Shown one piece after another: positions 59,438-64,000 of a stretch of DNA of 64,000 bases (its first letter is position 1; each line of letters starts with the position of its first letter). The position numbers and the translations under genes were made by a program. Origin of the DNA: Sphaerochaeta sp. GTDB lineage: Bacteria; Spirochaetota; Spirochaetia; Sphaerochaetales; Sphaerochaetaceae. The stretch spans positions 6,111 to 70,110 of the forward strand of contig SHOI01000001.1 in the NCBI GenBank assembly GCA_004294855.1, given 5' to 3'. Under the pieces are notes generated by a model that saw nothing but the letters and a program-made list of their open reading frames with translations, had not been told where the DNA came from and did not search any database.

Positions 59438-60297
59438 GGCTTCGTTATCCGATATTTCCTGACCATCAGGTCCGGCTGGTAGGAGAGCTTCGCTTTCCTC
59501 AGTCCGTCGACACCGGCATCCTCCTGACGGTTGACGTATTGGACATCCCGGAGGAACTCGGAGACGAAGAGCTGGTTAATCACCGAATACACGCCGTGGT
59601 AGGAGGTGTCGCCCTTTTCGAAGTGGACGATCGCCAGTCGTTCGTCGATGATCTCCCCGACGGTGAAGGCGGTCAGCTCGTTGTCCACGCAGACCAGCAT
59701 CCCGACGAACCCCAGCTCGTCCCAGTTGTCGAAGGTTCGTCTGAGCGCCCTCAGCTCATTGATGATGTCCTGGTCAATCGCCCCGTGACACTCCAGCCAT
59801 CGGGTGGAGGCCATCTCATAGCACTCTTCCCTCATCTCCGGTTTGGAAAGGGAGCGCACCGTATAGGTGTAGGTCCGTTCGAACTGGGAGATGTGGTTCC
59901 GCTTCGCCTGGAGCTTCCGCCCGGAGAGCTTCGTCAATTTCGATGATTCATAGAGGTAGTCGTCGAGGTTGCGGACATGTTGGATCGAGTAGCCGAGCTC
60001 CTGCAGCTTGAGCGCTTCGGCTTAGGGAACGCACTCCAGCTGAAAGCGAAGGCCGGTTCGGGCGCTGTGCTCTTCCAGCTCGCTCATCGCCTTGGGCAGA
60101 TCGTCGGTGATGGGAAGAAGAAAACAATCGTCGTCCCGAAGGTGCATATAGAGGGCGGTATCGTTCTTTGCGATCGTGATCCCGATCTGCCGGCTCCAGA
60201 GGTGAACGTAGGAGTAGTAATAGTTGTACGCCAAGTAGCGGCTGTGCTTCGGAAAAAGATTCTTATCGGCAAGGGTAGGGGGATAGAACTCTAGCAT
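59434..60297 (-). pseudogene. DUF2156 (aminoacyl-PG synthase C-terminal-like) gene with one in-frame TAA
   Basis: ...ECVP*AEALKLQ...DDYLY...LSGRKLQAKRNH...HFEKG...NRQEDAGVDGLRKAKLSY; stop at 60022-60024. Confidence 0.88.
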
Positions 60298-60489
60298 ACA
60301 TCCTCGAATATATCAGTCGATACGCATATATTGATACGACCTTTTCACTGCTTCGTCAACCCGACTCCAGAGGGAAAACGAAAGAATCATCCAGCGGTTT
60401 TTATAAAACAAAGAGAATATAACTATATATTATATAATAAAATAGGCTGTCGGGTTGACAGAATTATCATCGAATACTACCCTTTTAGG

Positions 60490-62613
60490 ATGGATATCTA
60501 TCAAGATCTTTTGACAAGACTCGAGGAAGTGAACCAACCGCTGACCGAATTCTTTCTGGATGCAACATACAGCGAAGAGTCATTTCTCACCACCCTGAAA
60601 GAGCGGACGGAAGAGACCTTGAAAACAGTCTACCCCGAGGGCTGGGCATACCTTCACGGGGAGAAGAACTTCTATCGGCTCAGTGAACCGATTCTTGCCC
60701 ACGTTCGCTTGTACGATTACCTCGTCTTCGACAAGGCCGTCTTCAAAGACGGAACGAATGAAGTAACATCCCGACCGGTCACGCTCCTTAGGTCCTTTCT
60801 GCAGAAGAAGAGTCCGACGATCCATCCCGACGTTGCCGAGGAGATGGTTCATTTCTTCGCCCTATTGAGCAAAGATGAGCCGAGAACGATTCCCACTCGG
60901 GGCCAGGTCCAGGAGTGGATGGAGCGCCACCCCAGCGGGCTGGACGACGAGGTCATCGCATGGCGGAAGAAAAACAAGGAGCGGATCATCGACCTTCTGA
61001 TCCGAAAGATCGATGAGCGGGGAAGCGGGGGAAAGCGCTACACCTTCAAACCCGGCCACTCCGAGAAGGAGAAACGATGGATCGTTAACGGATGGTGGAG
61101 GGAGGATCGCTTCCACCTGTACTTCGCGCTGCGCTCGACAAAGGAGCTGGACACCTTTCTCGGGAACACGTTGGATGAAGAGACGAAAAGGATCATGGAG
61201 GCAGCCGAAGCGAAGGGGATTCCAATCTTCGTAACCCCATACTTTCTCTCCCTGATCGACACCCGTCCGAGGGAGGAACAGGAACATCCCTTTGCGGACG
61301 AGCCGATCCGCAGCTACCTCTTCTACAGCCAAGATCTGGTCGATGAGTTCGGAGAGATCACGGCGTGGGAGAAGGAGGATGCCGTCGAGATCGGGAAGCC
61401 CAATGCGGCGGGGTGGGTTCTGCCCTCGCACAACATCCACCGGCGCTATCCGAACGTCGCGATCTTCATTCCCGACACGATGGGCAGGGCGTGCGGGGGA
61501 CTCTGCGCCTACTGCCAGCGGATGTACGATTTTCAGGCGGGGCGCTTCAACTTCGAGCTTGAGAAGCTCCGGCCGAAGAAGAGCTGGCCGGCCCGGCTAA
61601 AGGAAAACATGGAGTACTTCCGCAGCGATCCGTACCTCTGGGACATCCTGATCACCGGCGGGGATGCGTTCATGAGCTCGGTGAAGTCGCTGAGGGAGAT
61701 TCTGGAAGCGGTGCTCCAGATGGCGAAGGACAAGGTTGAAGACAATACCAAGAGGGAAGAGCCCTATGCCGTGATGAAGCGGGTCCGCCTCGGAACGAAG
61801 CTGCCCGTCTATCTTCCCCAGCGGGTCACCGGGGAGCTTGCCGACACCCTTGCCTGGTTCAAGCGGGAGAGCGCGAAGATCGGGATCGAGCAGTGCGTGA
61901 TCCAGACCCACTTCTCCTCGGCGATGGAGGTCACCCCCGATACGGAGAAGGCGGTGGATCGGATCCTGAAGGCCGGCTGGGCGGTGACGAACCAGGAGGT
62001 GTTCACCGTGGCGGCGAGCCGAAGGGGACACTCGGCGAAGCTGAGGAAGGTTCTCAACGACATCGGAGTGCTTCCCTACTACAACTTCACGGTGAAGGGG
62101 TTCAGGGAGAACCGGGCGCTGTTTGCGACGAACGCCCGTTCGGTGCAGGAGCTGGTTGAGGAGTCGAGCATCGGTGCGATCGCGCCGCGCTACCACGCCA
62201 GGATCCGCTCGTTTATCTTCAATGCTAAGGAGATGAAGGAGCAGATCGACAGTGTCAGAGAAAGCGATGAGATCCCCTTCATCTCCCCCGACCGCAATAC
62301 GATCAATCTTCCGGGAGTGGGAAAGTCCAATACCTACCGGACGATCGGGCTTACCGATGACGGGCGGAGGATCCTCCGCTTCGAGTTCGACCATACGCGT
62401 CCGCACTCCAAGGTGATCGAGGAGATGCACCACGTCGACATCGTCGAGTCCAAGTCGATCGCCCGGTACCTCCGGCAGCTTGAGGCGATGGGGGAGGATC
62501 CGAAGGAGTATGAGTCGATCTGGGGGTACAGCGCCGGCGAGATGGAGGAGCGGAGTCCCGTCTTCGAAGGGGTGACCGAATCCAAGGAAACGCCGGCGTC
62601 ACCGCTTCTATAA
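60490..62613 (+). CDS. KamA-family radical SAM enzyme, long form
   Basis: HRRYP, CGGLCAYCQR, ITGGD, RVRLGTK, QTHF, PGVGKS. Confidence 0.88.
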   Translation: MDIYQDLLTRLEEVNQPLTEFFLDATYSEESFLTTLKERTEETLKTVYPEGWAYLHGEKNFYRLSEPILAHVRLYDYLVFDKAVFKDGTNEVTSRPVTLLRSFLQKKSPTIHPDVAEEMVHFFALLSKDEPRTIPTRGQVQEWMERHPSGLDDEVIAWRKKNKERIIDLLIRKIDERGSGGKRYTFKPGHSEKEKRWIVNGWWREDRFHLYFALRSTKELDTFLGNTLDEETKRIMEAAEAKGIPIFVTPYFLSLIDTRPREEQEHPFADEPIRSYLFYSQDLVDEFGEITAWEKEDAVEIGKPNAAGWVLPSHNIHRRYPNVAIFIPDTMGRACGGLCAYCQRMYDFQAGRFNFELEKLRPKKSWPARLKENMEYFRSDPYLWDILITGGDAFMSSVKSLREILEAVLQMAKDKVEDNTKREEPYAVMKRVRLGTKLPVYLPQRVTGELADTLAWFKRESAKIGIEQCVIQTHFSSAMEVTPDTEKAVDRILKAGWAVTNQEVFTVAASRRGHSAKLRKVLNDIGVLPYYNFTVKGFRENRALFATNARSVQELVEESSIGAIAPRYHARIRSFIFNAKEMKEQIDSVRESDEIPFISPDRNTINLPGVGKSNTYRTIGLTDDGRRILRFEFDHTRPHSKVIEEMHHVDIVESKSIARYLRQLEAMGEDPKEYESIWGYSAGEMEERSPVFEGVTESKETPASPLL

Positions 62614-62642
62614 TCCCGGATCTTCGTGGTAGGATTCCATCC

Positions 62643-63596
62643 ATGAGAAAGATCGTCGTACTGGATGGATACGCCCTGAATCCCGGGGATCTGGATTGGA
62701 CTCCGCTTCAAGCCTACGGTGAATTGACCGTATATGACCGGACGGAGCCAAAGGATGTCGTCAAACGGATCGGCGATGCCGAGATCATCTTCACCAACAA
62801 GACGATTCTCACCGGGGAGACGATTATCCAAGCGCCGAAGCTGAAGTACATCGGAGTCTTGGCGACGGGATACAATGTTCTGGACATGGGAGCGGCGAGA
62901 GAAAAAGGGGTCGTGGTCACGAATATCCCCGCCTACTCGACCGACGCGGTGGCCCAGTTCACCTTCGCCCTCCTGCTTGAGATCACCAACCGGGTGCAGC
63001 GGCACAGCGATGCGGTGATACGGGACAACAGGTGGACGACCTGCAAGGACTTCTGCTTCTGGGATTACCCCCTCATCGAGCTGGCGAACAAGAAAATGGG
63101 GATCATCGGCTACGGGGCGATCGGCAAGGCGGTGGCAAAGGTCGCCAAAGCGCTCAACATGGAAGTCCTGGCCTATTCGCCTTCGCTTGATCCGAAACAC
63201 CCTGACCGGGCTTCCATGGAGACGATCTACAAAGAGAGCGACATCATCAGCCTCCATCTGCCCCTGACCGAGCAGAGCAGGGGGATGATTAACAGGGAGA
63301 CGATCGCCGGGATGAAGGACGGGGTGATCATCCTCAACACCGGGCGCGGCCCCCTCATAAACGAACAGGATCTTGCCGATGCGCTGAACTCCGGAAAGGT
63401 CTATGCCGCAGCCGTGGACGTGGTGAGCGTCGAGCCGATCAGGGCAGACAACCCCCTTCTGAAGGCGAAGAACATCATCATCACCCCCCACATCGCCTGG
63501 GCGCCGTTGCAGACCCGAGAGCGCCTCCTGGGGATAGCGATCAGGAACGTGGAACACTTCCTGGCGGGGAAGCCGATCAACAGGGTGGATATGTAA
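62643..63596 (+). CDS. D-2-hydroxyacid (glycerate-type) dehydrogenase
   Basis: LNPGDL, ATGYN, GYGAIG, NTGRG, TPHIAW. Confidence 0.93.
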   Translation: MRKIVVLDGYALNPGDLDWTPLQAYGELTVYDRTEPKDVVKRIGDAEIIFTNKTILTGETIIQAPKLKYIGVLATGYNVLDMGAAREKGVVVTNIPAYSTDAVAQFTFALLLEITNRVQRHSDAVIRDNRWTTCKDFCFWDYPLIELANKKMGIIGYGAIGKAVAKVAKALNMEVLAYSPSLDPKHPDRASMETIYKESDIISLHLPLTEQSRGMINRETIAGMKDGVIILNTGRGPLINEQDLADALNSGKVYAAAVDVVSVEPIRADNPLLKAKNIIITPHIAWAPLQTRERLLGIAIRNVEHFLAGKPINRVDM

Positions 63597-63736
63597 AAGG
63601 TTACACTCCTAATTTAGATGGTTTCAGGCTTTGGGGGGAGTTCAGCAAGTTAATCCACATATAAAGAGCGAAAGATTTTAGTCTTTCTATCGCTCATAAG
63701 TTTTTTCAAGTTTAGCATTCTTTTCAGGTGAACAGG

Positions 63737-64000
63737 TCAATCTGAATGGTATTTGTCACTATCTTTTACTTTCCATTTTCCATCCATAGATGATCCTACA
63801 TATTCGATATTACCAGCTTCTGTTAGGAGTGCTAAATCTCTTTCAATTGTCCTTATACTCAAATTGAATATTTGGCTTAATTTTAATGCCGATATATCGG
63901 GATTTTTGGCCATTAATTCTAGGATTTTATCACGTCTATCATTCGGATGTAATTTTTGACCGACATCGTGACCGACATCGTGACCGACATCGTGACCGAC
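63737..64000 (-). CDS. 3' end of a gene with C-terminal winged HTH (AlbA_2/RecG-like or Fic-type), continues beyond the window
   Basis: Hand translation (VGHD)3VGQKLHPNDRRDKILELMAKNPDISALKLSQIFNLSIRTIERDLALLTEAGNIEYVGSSMDGKWKV. Confidence 0.8.
   Translation of the reverse strand, partial: VGHDVGHDVGHDVGQKLHPNDRRDKILELMAKNPDISALKLSQIFNLSIRTIERDLALLTEAGNIEYVGSSMDGKWKVKDSDKYHSD
63957..64000. repeat. 12-bp tandem repeat (at least 3.6 copies)
   Basis: TGACCGACATCG repeated to the window edge. Confidence 0.95.

Noticed and set aside
60022-60024. Selenocysteine, pyrrolysine or alternative genetic code
   Set aside because: The codon is TAA, which terminates many genes here
63957-64000. Tandem repeat as a CRISPR array or iteron
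   Set aside because: 12-bp units with no spacers, in frame within a CDS

Overview
Bacterial chromosome segment that looks like an anaerobic, sugar-fermenting spirochaete (Sphaerochaeta-like). This taxonomy is inferred from gene content and the 'LVFAAGAKE' signal on the binding protein. About 55 CDSs and one tRNA-Ala(CGC) are present; no CRISPR array, rRNA, integrase or transposase is visible. Main blocks: (1) 1-9.4 kb, a carbohydrate locus with ABC permease, aceric-acid-hydrolase-type GH127, divergent nucleoside hydrolase, DeoR, fucose-isomerase-like enzyme, split transketolase and FGGY kinase. (2) 9.4-23.5 kb, redox and housekeeping genes: 2 nitroreductases, rubredoxin (absent from the ORF track), WYL regulator, CoA-disulfide reductase, hydrolases, DUF4954. 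(3) c-di-GMP enzymes and an AAA_14/DUF4143 ATPase around tRNA-Ala. (4) argCJBD. (5) etfB-etfA-FAD dehydrogenase-TetR. (6) 40-47 kb, a mosaic hotspot with RloA/RloB, gene fragments and two more AAA_14/DUF4143 genes. (7) LacI, sugar ABC transporter, isomerase and DUF1355 locus. (8) Prx, GNAT, nonsense-interrupted DUF2156, long KamA-like radical SAM enzyme. Best leads: a candidate catabolic pathway for branched sugars (aceric acid/apiose); a conserved two-operator promoter architecture shared by two separately located AAA_14-DUF4143 genes; frequent leaderless gene starts; and a structured intergenic RNA candidate at 42.6-42.8 kb. All assignments come from reading motifs, with no database search.
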